DNA of 60,036 nucleotides from Acidobacteriota bacterium (GTDB lineage Bacteria > Acidobacteriota > Aminicenantia > UBA2199): NCBI GenBank assembly GCA_018897435.1, contig JAHIKI010000049.1, positions 1-60,036 on the forward strand. Reading direction: 5' to 3'. The notes under the pieces are model-generated. The model was not told the origin of the DNA and did not search any database. It worked only from the letters and a program-made list of their open reading frames with translations. This document shows positions 44,620 to 52,919 of this stretch, piece after piece. A program made the position numbers and the translations under genes. The first letter of the stretch is position 1, and each line of letters begins with the position of its first letter.

Positions 44620-45926
44620 AAGCCCGCGCCCTCACGCTCATGCTGCTGTTCATCTCTCCGCTCCTTTTTTCCCAATACAAGCCCTGGCTCAACTTCTATA
44701 ATTTCAACTATGGTGCCAAGGCCCGGGCCATGGGCAACGCTTTTGTGGCCGTGGCCGACGACCTGACCGCGGCTTTCTGGAACCCGGCCGGCTTGGCCGC
44801 CAAGCGCAGCCCCGAATTCTACCTCAGCTACAAATCCCTTTCCCAGAAACATGATTACGACCTGCAGGACCGCATCCTGCTTAAAGAAACCAAGCTTTAC
44901 AATTACAATTTCAGCAGCCAGCTCAACCAGATCGATTTTTTTTCCGTGTCGGCCCCTGCCATTATTTGGAAGCGGAATTGGACTTTCGCCCTGAGCTATT
45001 ACCGCTATATCCCCTATGGTTTGAAGGGATCGGCCCGGGAAGTGATCACCTACCTGCATGACCGCTTGCATCCCCAGAAAAACGTCGTAGCCTTCACCGG
45101 CAGCGAAGGCATCGATGTGCTGGCCTTTTCGGTGTCAGCGGCCCTGACCGACCATTTCGCCCTGGGCGCCACCCTGCAGCAATTTTTCGATTCGGGCAGC
45201 CAGCACCTGAGCACGGAGATCTCCAACCGGGAATACCACAGCCAATTCAGCGAAAAGCTGCAGGGACGCAACTTTATTACCGGTTTGCTCTTCTCCCCCT
45301 TTGATTTCCTGTGCCTGGGCTTCACCTGGCACAGCGGTCTGCAAAACAACTTCGATTCCACGTTGCTGACCTGGGAGGTCAACAGCAAAGGCGAAAAGAT
45401 CAACCAGCTCGAAGAAAGCTGCCGGGCCCGGGTGGTGATCCCGGAACAATATGCCCTGGGCGTCCTGCTGAGACCGGCCGCCTGGCTGGACCTCAGCGCC
45501 GAGTATTCTCGCCTGGACTGGGAAAAAGGAACCATCGAAAATTATTATGACTTCGGCGTGGTTTTGCCTTATCCGCAAAAAAACAACTGGGATCAAAAAC
45601 AGAAAAACATAAGCAACCTGCGTTTCGGGGCCGAGGTCCGCCTGCCGTTGTATCATTGGCAGCTGCTCCTGCGCGGCGGTTGGTCGGCTGATCGCCAGCT
45701 CTTTGCCGACGTTGATGACCAGGCCGTCGTGGTCAAGGGCTATGCTGCCGGCCTGGGCTGCGAATTTTTCCGGAACCTGCTGCTGGAGATCGCCTACCAG
45801 AGGCAACAAGCCGATTGGCCTGAAAAAGGTTTTTTCATCAAGGGGCCGGATGTGGCCACCCATTTCCGCGCCAGCGTGTTCAACCTCTCCCTGACCTACC
45901 GTTTCGGGCATATATTCAAAGATTAA
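44616..45926 (+). CDS. outer-membrane beta-barrel protein (FadL/PorV-like, unassigned)
   Basis: Signal peptide, N-terminal GAKARAMGNAFVAVADDLTAAFWNPAGLA and a C-terminal aromatic strand (LTYRFGHIFKD). Confidence 0.6.
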   Translation: MKARALTLMLLFISPLLFSQYKPWLNFYNFNYGAKARAMGNAFVAVADDLTAAFWNPAGLAAKRSPEFYLSYKSLSQKHDYDLQDRILLKETKLYNYNFSSQLNQIDFFSVSAPAIIWKRNWTFALSYYRYIPYGLKGSAREVITYLHDRLHPQKNVVAFTGSEGIDVLAFSVSAALTDHFALGATLQQFFDSGSQHLSTEISNREYHSQFSEKLQGRNFITGLLFSPFDFLCLGFTWHSGLQNNFDSTLLTWEVNSKGEKINQLEESCRARVVIPEQYALGVLLRPAAWLDLSAEYSRLDWEKGTIENYYDFGVVLPYPQKNNWDQKQKNISNLRFGAEVRLPLYHWQLLLRGGWSADRQLFADVDDQAVVVKGYAAGLGCEFFRNLLLEIAYQRQQADWPEKGFFIKGPDVATHFRASVFNLSLTYRFGHIFKD

Positions 45927-45930
45927 CTTC

Positions 45931-46671
45931 ATGGCTGCCGGTATCTTCCAGGCGGCGCGACTGCTGGCAGGCGCCGGCCATGTCACCGTGTTCAGCGGTG
46001 CCGGCATTTCGGTCGAAAGCGGCATTCCGCCTTTTCGAGGGGCCGGCGGCCTGTGGAGCATGGTGGATCCCGGTTTTATGGAGATCGACTATTTTCGCCG
46101 CCAGCCGGAACAATCCTGGTTGAGGATCAAGGAGATTTTTTACGATTATTTCGGCCGGGCCCTGCCCAACGATGCCCATTTCGGCGTGGCCGCCATGGAA
46201 AAAGCCGGGCTGGTCAAGGCGATCATCACCCAGAATATCGACAACCTGCACCAGCGCGCCGGCAGCCGTGAGGTTATCGAGTTCCACGGCAATTCACAAT
46301 GGCTGGTCTGCCTGGACTGCCTCGAGCGCGAGGCGGTGAGCCTCGGGCGGCTGGCTGTCCTGCCGCCGCGCTGCCCCTCCTGTGGGGGCCTGCTTAAGCC
46401 CGATTTTATTTTTTTCGGCGAGGGCATTCCGGAAAAGGCGCTGCAGCGTTCCTACCAGGAGGTTTCCCGGGCCGACGTTTTCCTGGTCATCGGCTCAAGC
46501 GGCGAGGTCATGCCGGCTTGCCAGATCCCGCCCCTGGCCAAGGCCCGCGGCGCCAAAATGATCGAGATCAACACCGTGGAGTCACATTTCACGCCTATCA
46601 GTGACATTTTCCTGAAGGGACCGGCGACGGAGACGGTTGGGGCTTTAGTCAAGGAACTTGGTATACGGTAG
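45931..46671 (+). CDS. cobB: NAD-dependent protein deacylase (Sir2 family)
   Basis: GAGISVESGIPPFRG, TQNIDNLHQRAG, zinc ribbon C..C...C..C (CLDC, CPSC) and catalytic H in EFHGN. Confidence 0.9.
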   Translation: MAAGIFQAARLLAGAGHVTVFSGAGISVESGIPPFRGAGGLWSMVDPGFMEIDYFRRQPEQSWLRIKEIFYDYFGRALPNDAHFGVAAMEKAGLVKAIITQNIDNLHQRAGSREVIEFHGNSQWLVCLDCLEREAVSLGRLAVLPPRCPSCGGLLKPDFIFFGEGIPEKALQRSYQEVSRADVFLVIGSSGEVMPACQIPPLAKARGAKMIEINTVESHFTPISDIFLKGPATETVGALVKELGIR

Positions 46672-46822
46672 ACGGTATACGGTTGACGGAAGAAAAAGAT
46701 TCAAATCCAAAGCTGCAAATCAGTGATAGTGATAGTGGTAGCGGAAATACATATTGATCGAATTTATATTTCGGATTTTTTGTTTTCCTAACACTAACAC
46801 TAACACTAACACTAACACAGTT
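46660..46822. repeat. hairpin element E9: unpaired GGTATAC-type left arm plus a hexamer-periodic inner hairpin
   Basis: GGTATAC GGTAGAC GGTATAC GGTTGAC GG spans the cobB stop codon. The inner arms are GTGATA GTGATA GTGGTA and (TAACAC)x5. Confidence 0.75.
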
Positions 46823-46833
46823 AGCTATAGTTC

Positions 46834-46863
46834 TTGCAATATCGCTCCCAATCGATATATAAT
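46834..46863 (+). promoter_or_regulatory. sigma70-type promoter TTGCAA-18-TATAAT placed for a leaderless transcript
   Basis: TTGCAA at 46834-46839 and TATAAT at 46858-46863. The ATG at 46870 follows 6 nt after the -10. Confidence 0.6.
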
Positions 46864-46869
46864 CTCCCT

Positions 46870-48915
46870 ATGCTAAAAAAGCTTCACAAACTCAACCTGG
46901 CCATTATCCTGTCGGCAGTAGCCGCCATTCTGGCTTACTTCTTTTTTCAGCCTGGCACTTTCCAGTTCTTCCTGTTGCTGACCATAATTCTCGCCTTTGT
47001 CCGCCTGCTGGGCATCATCCGCCGCCGCCTGCTCTGGAAGATCCGCAACCGGCTGATCATCTCTTCGCTGTTTTTCATCGTCACCCCCATCGTACTGATC
47101 ACGGTCTTTTTCTACCTGATCATCAACCTCATCATCACCCAGTACAACACGGCCATCTTCGAAAACCTGATGGTCAACGAGATCCGCTCCTTTGAAGAAA
47201 GCAGCGGCTATTACCTCGGCCTAGCCGACGATGTAAGGATCAAGCTCGAGGTGCAGCGTTTCAAAAACCGCAAGCCGCGTTTCCTGAACCTGGCTTTTTT
47301 CAAGGAGACGGACGGGCGCTACCAGGCGTTTTTTACCTATCCCGGGGACTTGCCCCTCGAGACATTCGATGCCAACGGCCCGCTGGCCAAGTTCCAAGCC
47401 GGCTATTTCAAGGTTGGCGGCGTTCTCTATCACGGCGTACATCAGCAGCGCGGCGGCTACGCGGCGCTGATTTTCGAGACCCTGAACCAGGAGTTTTTCG
47501 ACGCCATGCCGCCCATCGGCGACTTCAAGGTGCTGTTCATGGGTGCAGGCGGCAATACGCTCTCCGCCTCCTCGCAGGAGATGTCGGAGCGCCTCAACGA
47601 CAAGGATTTCGTCGGTTTCGAAAAATACCATTTCCCTTTTCCCTTCACCTTCCGCTTCTGGGATTTCGATGATCTGAAGAACGGGCAGCCCACCCTCAAG
47701 TTCAACATGTTCCTGCTGATCAACGACTATTCGAAGATCATGCAGAAACTGAAAACCTCTGACCGCGCCGCCATGCTGCAGGACCAGGCAAAGGTACTGG
47801 AAAAGGAGATCAGCCGCGGCGGCGACCAGGCTGCGCTCATGAGCAAAAGCCAGCAGTTGGACGAATTGAAAAAAGAACTTCAGGTGCTGCAAAAACGCGA
47901 CAGCCAGAGCTCGGTCTTTCCCATCTCGGTGCTGGTGCGTTTCATGCTCGGCCTGTTCGGCTTTTTCATTGTTATCTCCTTTTTCATCGGCTTGCGCATG
48001 GTGCGCGTCATCACCCGCGCCGTCAACGAGCTGACCAAGGGCACCGAAAAGATCCGCCGCGGTGATTTTTCCTACCGCATCCGCATCAAGTCGCAAGAGC
48101 AGATGCATTTCCTGGCCGAATCGTTCAATGACATGGCCTCCGGCATCGGCCGCCTGCTGAGCGAGGAAAAGGAAAAGCAGCGCTTGCAAGAGGAGCTGCG
48201 CATCGCCCGCGGTATCCAGCTGAAGCTGCTGCCCGCCGACCATTTCGCATGCCCGGAGTTTAACATCGCCGCGGTCAACATCCCGGCCACGGAGATCGCC
48301 GGCGATTATTTCGATTACTTTCACCGCCCCGGTAAATTCCTTTCGGTCCTGGTGGCCGACGTCTCGGGCAAGGGTGCCCAGGCTGCATTCTACATGGCCG
48401 AGCTGAAGGGCATCATGAACTGCCTGCAGAAGACCGGCCAGGAGCCGGCGGCCATCCTCAGCGAATGCAACGTCATCCTGCAGAGTTCTTTTGAGAAGGT
48501 CACCTTCATCACCATCAACCTGGTCCGTTTTGACCTGCAGAACAAGAACCTGATCTTTTCCCGGTCCGGCCACACGCCGGCCCTGTTTTACCAGAGCGAC
48601 AAGCAGGCCTGCCTGGAGCTGTCGCCGCACGGCATGGCCCTGGGGCTGAACAATTTCAGCCAGGAGGGCATCGAAGAGCTGCGTCTGCCATATCAAAGAG
48701 GCGATATCCTGTTCTTCTTTTCCGACGGTCTTTCCGAGATCATGAACCAGGAAGAGCAAATACTGGGCGTCGCCGAGTTGAAAAACATGCTGGTCGGCTA
48801 CGCCGCCCTTTCGGCGCTGGAGATCAAGGAGAAGATCCTGGCCCGGGCCATCGCTTTCGCCGCCGGCCAGGCCAACGCCGACGACCTGACCTTCGTGGTG
48901 ATGAAGGTTCGTTGA
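46870..48915 (+). CDS. membrane-bound PP2C-type phosphatase (HAMP + SpoIIE domains)
   Basis: N-terminal TM helices, a large extracytoplasmic region and a HAMP domain (LRMVRVITRAVNELTKGTEKIRRGD). The SpoIIE/PP2C domain has GDYFDY, DVSGKG and DGLSE. Confidence 0.85.
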   Translation: MLKKLHKLNLAIILSAVAAILAYFFFQPGTFQFFLLLTIILAFVRLLGIIRRRLLWKIRNRLIISSLFFIVTPIVLITVFFYLIINLIITQYNTAIFENLMVNEIRSFEESSGYYLGLADDVRIKLEVQRFKNRKPRFLNLAFFKETDGRYQAFFTYPGDLPLETFDANGPLAKFQAGYFKVGGVLYHGVHQQRGGYAALIFETLNQEFFDAMPPIGDFKVLFMGAGGNTLSASSQEMSERLNDKDFVGFEKYHFPFPFTFRFWDFDDLKNGQPTLKFNMFLLINDYSKIMQKLKTSDRAAMLQDQAKVLEKEISRGGDQAALMSKSQQLDELKKELQVLQKRDSQSSVFPISVLVRFMLGLFGFFIVISFFIGLRMVRVITRAVNELTKGTEKIRRGDFSYRIRIKSQEQMHFLAESFNDMASGIGRLLSEEKEKQRLQEELRIARGIQLKLLPADHFACPEFNIAAVNIPATEIAGDYFDYFHRPGKFLSVLVADVSGKGAQAAFYMAELKGIMNCLQKTGQEPAAILSECNVILQSSFEKVTFITINLVRFDLQNKNLIFSRSGHTPALFYQSDKQACLELSPHGMALGLNNFSQEGIEELRLPYQRGDILFFFSDGLSEIMNQEEQILGVAELKNMLVGYAALSALEIKEKILARAIAFAAGQANADDLTFVVMKVR

Positions 48916-49652
48916 TGGAAGAACTGGAAAAAAAACTGGGCTATCGTTTTAAGGATCGTGATCTGCTGCGCTCCGCTCTGACCCACAAATCGTTCAACGA
49001 AGGCGGCAAGAACCACGGCCTCGACAACGAGCGGCTGGAGTTCCTGGGCGATTCGGTTATCGGCCTGGTCATCACCGACTACCTGTACCGGCGCTGCCGG
49101 GACAACCGCGAGGGCGATCTGGCCAAGCTGCGCGCCCACCTGGTTTCGAGCAACCTGCTGTTCAAAGTGGCCAAGACCATCGGTTTGGGCGGCCACATCC
49201 TGCTCGGTCGCGGCGAGGAAAAGAACCAGGGCCGGCGCAATAGCAAGATCGTCTCCTCGTGCTTCGAAGGCCTGATCGGCGCCCTTTACCTGGATTCCGA
49301 CTTCGCTACCGCAACCGCGGTCATTGTCGAACGCTTCCGTGAATTCCTGGAGCAGCTGCTCAACAGCGAAATGCGCATCAACGACTACAAATCGGAGCTG
49401 CAGGAACTGATCCAGAAACACAAGAACATCCTGCCCGTTTACAAGGTGACGGCCGAGATCGGCAAGCCGCCCGACATGACGTTCCGTGTGGCCGTGTACC
49501 TGGAAAACAGCGAGATCGGCAGCGGTAGCGGCCGCAACCGCCGCGAAGCCGAGCAGGAAGCGGCATTGATCGCCCTGAAGAACATCGGCAATTTCATGAA
49601 TTTCGAAAAGCTGTCGGAAACGTTCTTCGCCGAAAAGCCCAAAGGCTCGTAG
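48912..49652 (+). CDS. rnc: ribonuclease III
   Basis: Signature NERLEFLGDSV, plus a C-terminal dsRBD (YKSELQELIQK...GSGSGRNRREAEQEAA). Confidence 0.95.
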   Translation: MMEELEKKLGYRFKDRDLLRSALTHKSFNEGGKNHGLDNERLEFLGDSVIGLVITDYLYRRCRDNREGDLAKLRAHLVSSNLLFKVAKTIGLGGHILLGRGEEKNQGRRNSKIVSSCFEGLIGALYLDSDFATATAVIVERFREFLEQLLNSEMRINDYKSELQELIQKHKNILPVYKVTAEIGKPPDMTFRVAVYLENSEIGSGSGRNRREAEQEAALIALKNIGNFMNFEKLSETFFAEKPKGS

Positions 49653-49750
49653 GAGCTCAGTGATTAGTAATTAGTGATGAGTGATTAGTTAAGAAATTAA
49701 ACGGAATTTACTGACTCTTTCTCTTTCCAGTCACTAATCATTTATTAAAG
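49653..49750. repeat. heptad-periodic hairpin element E10 (GTGATTA type)
   Basis: GAGCTC is followed by AGTGATT AGTAATT AGTGATG AGTGATT AGTTAAG AAA. The right arm TCTTTCTCTTTCCAGTCACTAATCA is short. Confidence 0.75.
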
Positions 49751-49752
49751 TC

Positions 49753-49781
49753 TTGCGAAATTTTTCCATTTTATTTAAAAT
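49753..49781 (+). promoter_or_regulatory. sigma70-type promoter TTGCGA-17-TAAAAT
   Basis: TTGCGA at 49753-49758 and TAAAAT at 49776-49781. SD GGAGG precedes the ATG at 49812. Confidence 0.5.
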
Positions 49782-49795
49782 AGAATAAATTTCGC
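49755..49795. promoter_or_regulatory. perfect 9-bp inverted repeat bracketing the -10 (candidate operator)
   Basis: GCGAAATTT (49755-49763) and AAATTTCGC (49787-49795), separated by 23 nt that contain the -10. Confidence 0.45.
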
Positions 49796-49811
49796 AATAT
49801 GGAGGTACTGA

Positions 49812-50033
49812 ATGGCAACGAAGAAAGTAGTAAAAAAAGTGAAAAAAGCCGTGAAGCCGGTCTTGAAAAAGAAAGTGAACCCCGTGCTCAAGAAAAAAGC
49901 CAAACCTGTGGCCAAGAAAATCGAACGCTACGCCTGCGGGGTCTGCGGCCTAGTGGTGGCGGTGGACCAGGCCTGCGGCTGCGCTCATGTCCACAGGCTG
50001 ATTTGCTGCGCTAAGGTTATGAAGAAGAAATAA
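49812..50033 (+). CDS. Lys-rich tail fused to a desulforedoxin-like Cys4 domain
   Basis: The N-terminal 37 aa are about 45 percent Lys (KKVVKKVKKAVKPVLKKK). The C-terminus YACGVCGLVVAVD...LICCAKVM parallels desulforedoxin YKCELCGQVVKV...LVCCGEDM. Confidence 0.6.
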   Translation: MATKKVVKKVKKAVKPVLKKKVNPVLKKKAKPVAKKIERYACGVCGLVVAVDQACGCAHVHRLICCAKVMKKK

Positions 50034-50038
50034 AACGA

Positions 50039-50205
50039 ATTAGTCGTGATGCGTTATGCGTAATGCGTGATGAGCATGAAAATTAACAGATCTAATCGTG
50101 ATGCGTTATGAGAAACAGCATGCTTCGATATACTCAGAAAAATTCTTTTCTTTCACATCACGTATTACGAAGTTCTGGCAGTTCGTTCACGCATCACGTA
50201 ATATG
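50039..50205. repeat. heptad-periodic hairpin element E11 (GTGATGC type, bipartite)
   Basis: Left arm is CGTGATG CGTTATG CGTAATG CGTGATG plus CGTGATGCGTTATGAGAAAC. Right arm is ATTCTTTTCTTTCACATCACGTATTACG. A linker AGTTCTGGCAGTTCGT is followed by TCACGCATCACG. Confidence 0.85.
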
Positions 50206-50233
50206 AATAATTTCATCTATGGAGGCACCAACA

Positions 50234-50557
50234 ATGACTTATACTCACGCTGAACTAAAGAAAAAAACCGTAGCCGAACTGCGCGAGATCGCCAAAGGGA
50301 TCGAGCATGAAGCGGTGCAGGGGTACTCGCAGTTGAACAAGGAGCACCTCCTGGTCGCGCTATGTAAAGCATTGAACATCGATATGCACGAGCACCGCCA
50401 GGTGGTGGGACTGAACAAGGCCCAAGTCAAGACCAACATCCGCCACATCAAGGAAAAGCTCGCCGCGGCCATCGCCGCCCACGATCGCAAGCAGATCAAG
50501 TTCTGCCACCGCCAGATCCACAAACAAAAAAGGCAGATACACAAAGCCATGGTTTAG
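50234..50557 (+). CDS. small basic protein with Rho-N/SAP-like N-terminal motif
   Basis: 107 aa. LKKKTVAELREIAKGI resembles the Rho termination factor N-terminal helix-extended-helix. GGAGG lies 8 nt upstream of the ATG. Confidence 0.5.
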   Translation: MTYTHAELKKKTVAELREIAKGIEHEAVQGYSQLNKEHLLVALCKALNIDMHEHRQVVGLNKAQVKTNIRHIKEKLAAAIAAHDRKQIKFCHRQIHKQKRQIHKAMV

Positions 50558-50566
50558 AAGCGCGAA

Positions 50567-50785
50567 CGATTGTAATTAGTAATGAGTAATGAGTGATAAG
50601 TGATGAGTGATGAGTGATGAGAAACCGCTTTAAAACGAAATATCAACAAGATTCTTTTTCTTTCTCATTACTCATCACTAAAGATCGTTGATTTCGTTCA
50701 CTCATCACTATAGTTCGTAAGGTCTTCTTTCTCATCACTCATCACTGAAGATCGCTGAGTTCGTTCACTCATCACTGATCTGCGA
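50567..50785. repeat. heptad-periodic hairpin element E12 (GTGATGA type, right module duplicated)
   Basis: The left arm has 8 heptads, GTAATTA..GTGATGA GTGATGA GAAAC. The right module TTCTTTCTCAT(T)ACTCATCACT(A/G)AAGATCG(T/C)TGA(T/G)TTCGTTCACTCATCACT occurs twice in tandem. Confidence 0.85.
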
Positions 50786-50831
50786 ACTTTTGACTAGGTT
50801 TCTGCGTTTATAGATCTTAAGGAGGTTGCCC

Positions 50832-51566
50832 ATGAAACAGAAAGTGAAATATGTCTTTTTTATCATACTGCTGATGGTTTCTTTCCTGGCCGCCGAGGAA
50901 TACCAACAGAAGAGCGCCCGCAGCTTCACTTTGACCGCCTCCGGCAGCGTGGATCTGGCCAACATCAACGGCGAGATCGAAATCACCACCACCTCCGGCC
51001 GGACCGTGAACATCAAGGTCGTGAAAAAGTCCGACTACAAGGGCGAGATCGAGAACGTGGAAATCATCTTTGAGGCCGACAAAGACACCCTGAAGGTCAA
51101 TACCAAGTACAACAAGAAAAATACCAAGGCCAAGGTCGATTTCACCGTCTCCATCCCGGAAAAGCTCGCCCAGGCCGGGTTCAAATCGGTCAACGGCGAG
51201 ATCGACTGTTCTGGTCAATTCGCGGACCTGACGCTGAAGACCGTCAACGGCAAGATCGATTTCCAGGGTGAATTCCAGACCGGGACTTTCAAAACGGTCA
51301 ACGGCACCATCGAGATTGTCCAGGAGCCGCTGCTCAGCGGCGACCTGCGCGTCTCCACGGTCAACGGCACCATCGACATCGAACTCAACCGCAAGTCGGC
51401 TTTCGAGGTAGAAGGTCAGACGGTCAACGGCAGCATCGACAACGATTTCGGCCTGCAGGTCAGCCGCCACTTTATCGGCAGCTCTTTCAGCGGCAAGGTC
51501 AACGGCGGCGGCCACAAAGTCAAGCTGGAAACGGTCAACGGCAGGATCAAGCTCTCTAAGATCTAG
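50832..51566 (+). CDS. DUF4097-like beta-repeat protein (putative adhesin/LiaG-like)
   Basis: Signal/anchor peptide followed by repeated VNG(E/K/T/S)I(D/E) strands. AAGGAGG lies 7 nt upstream of the ATG. Confidence 0.7.
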   Translation: MKQKVKYVFFIILLMVSFLAAEEYQQKSARSFTLTASGSVDLANINGEIEITTTSGRTVNIKVVKKSDYKGEIENVEIIFEADKDTLKVNTKYNKKNTKAKVDFTVSIPEKLAQAGFKSVNGEIDCSGQFADLTLKTVNGKIDFQGEFQTGTFKTVNGTIEIVQEPLLSGDLRVSTVNGTIDIELNRKSAFEVEGQTVNGSIDNDFGLQVSRHFIGSSFSGKVNGGGHKVKLETVNGRIKLSKI

Positions 51567-51573
51567 TCGAAGT

Positions 51574-51730
51574 ATTCGTGATGAGTAATAAGTGATAAGT
51601 GATGAGCAGCGGCCAAGGATCGATCGAATGTAGTAACTCGCCACTTATCATGAAATTTCGATAACTTCAATTCATTGTTCACGTTAGATCGTTTATTATT
51701 CTTTCTCATTACTCATCACTCATCACGTAG
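51574..51730. repeat. heptad-periodic hairpin element E13 (GTGATGA type, long loop)
   Basis: Left arm is CGTGATG AGTAATA AGTGATA AGTGATG AG. The loop is about 88 nt. Right arm is ATTCTTTCTCATTACTCATCACTCATCACG. Confidence 0.8.
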
Positions 51731-51743
51731 TTTCTGCTTGCTT

Positions 51744-51772
51744 TTGAAAAATTAATTTCCTTTTGCTATAAT
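51744..51772 (+). promoter_or_regulatory. sigma70-type promoter TTGAAA-17-TATAAT
   Basis: TTGAAA at 51744-51749 and TATAAT at 51767-51772. GTG at 51783 and ATG at 51789 follow. Confidence 0.6.
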
Positions 51773-51788
51773 CGCCCCAGAGGTGACC

Positions 51789-52919
51789 ATGAGCATAACG
51801 GTCAAAGAAGTGCTGAACAAAAAAGACCTGAAAGCATTCGTCAAGCTGCCTTTTGCCATGTACAAGGACGACCCCATGTGGGTGCCGCAACTCATCCGCG
51901 ACGACATGGAGGTCTTCAACCGCGCCAAGAATCCGGCTTTCGACAATGCCGACGCCCGGCAGTTCCTGGCATACAAGGACGGTAAGGCGGTCGGGCGCAT
52001 CGCCGCCATCTTGAGCAGTGTTGCCAACCAGAAATACAACACCAGGAACCTGCGCTTCGGCTGGTTCGATGCTCCCAACGATCCCGCAGTGGCCGCCGCC
52101 CTGTTCAGGACCGTCGAGGCTTGGGCCAAAGAGTTGGGCATGGAGACGCTCACCGGCCCGCACGGCTTCTGCGACCTCGACCCCCAGGGCATGCTGGTCG
52201 AGGGTTTCGACCAACTTCCCACCATCGCCGGCTACTACAATTTTCCCTACTACCAGAAGCTGGTCGAAGATCTTGGCTTCCAGAAGGAGGTCGATTATGT
52301 CGAATTCCGCACCCATGTGCCGGAAATGTCGGCTTTTCCCGAAAAGCTGCTGCGCCTGGCCGAGCGCATCAAGGAGCGCGGCGGCCTGCGTGTGCTGAAG
52401 TTCGCCGCCAAAAAAGAGCTCCTGGGCCGCGCCGAGGAGCTGTTCCACCTGCTGGACGAGACCTTCGAGGAAATTTACGGCGCCGTGCCCCTGACCGAAA
52501 GGCAGATCCATTATTTCATCAAAAAATATTTTTCCTTCGTGGACAAGGACCTGATCCAGGCCGTGGTCAACGAGAAGGACGAGATGGTCGGCTTCATGAT
52601 CGCCATGCCCAACTTTTCGCGCGCCTTCCAGAAAGCCAGGGGCCGCCTGCTGCCCCTGGGCTGGTGGCACCTGCTGCGGGCCATAAAGAAGAACGACGTC
52701 CTGGATTTCTACCTGGCCGGCATCAAGAAAAACTACCGCGGCCAGGGGGTGGACCTGCTGATGGTGGTGGAAATGGCCCACAAGGCCATAGCCAAGGGCT
52801 TCCGCTACACCGAGAGCAACCAGGAGCTGGAGACCAACACCAAGATCCAGGCGCAGTGGAAATATTTCAATCCGGTCCAGCACAAAAGGAAAAGGATATT
52901 TAAAAAAGTGCTTAAATAA
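51789..52919 (+). CDS. GNAT-family N-acetyltransferase (long form)
   Basis: 376 aa. The C-terminal acetyl-CoA motif region is YLAGIKKNYRGQGVDLLMVVEMAHKA. The N-terminal family region is FVKLPFAMYKDDPMWVPQL. Confidence 0.7.
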   Translation: MSITVKEVLNKKDLKAFVKLPFAMYKDDPMWVPQLIRDDMEVFNRAKNPAFDNADARQFLAYKDGKAVGRIAAILSSVANQKYNTRNLRFGWFDAPNDPAVAAALFRTVEAWAKELGMETLTGPHGFCDLDPQGMLVEGFDQLPTIAGYYNFPYYQKLVEDLGFQKEVDYVEFRTHVPEMSAFPEKLLRLAERIKERGGLRVLKFAAKKELLGRAEELFHLLDETFEEIYGAVPLTERQIHYFIKKYFSFVDKDLIQAVVNEKDEMVGFMIAMPNFSRAFQKARGRLLPLGWWHLLRAIKKNDVLDFYLAGIKKNYRGQGVDLLMVVEMAHKAIAKGFRYTESNQELETNTKIQAQWKYFNPVQHKRKRIFKKVLK

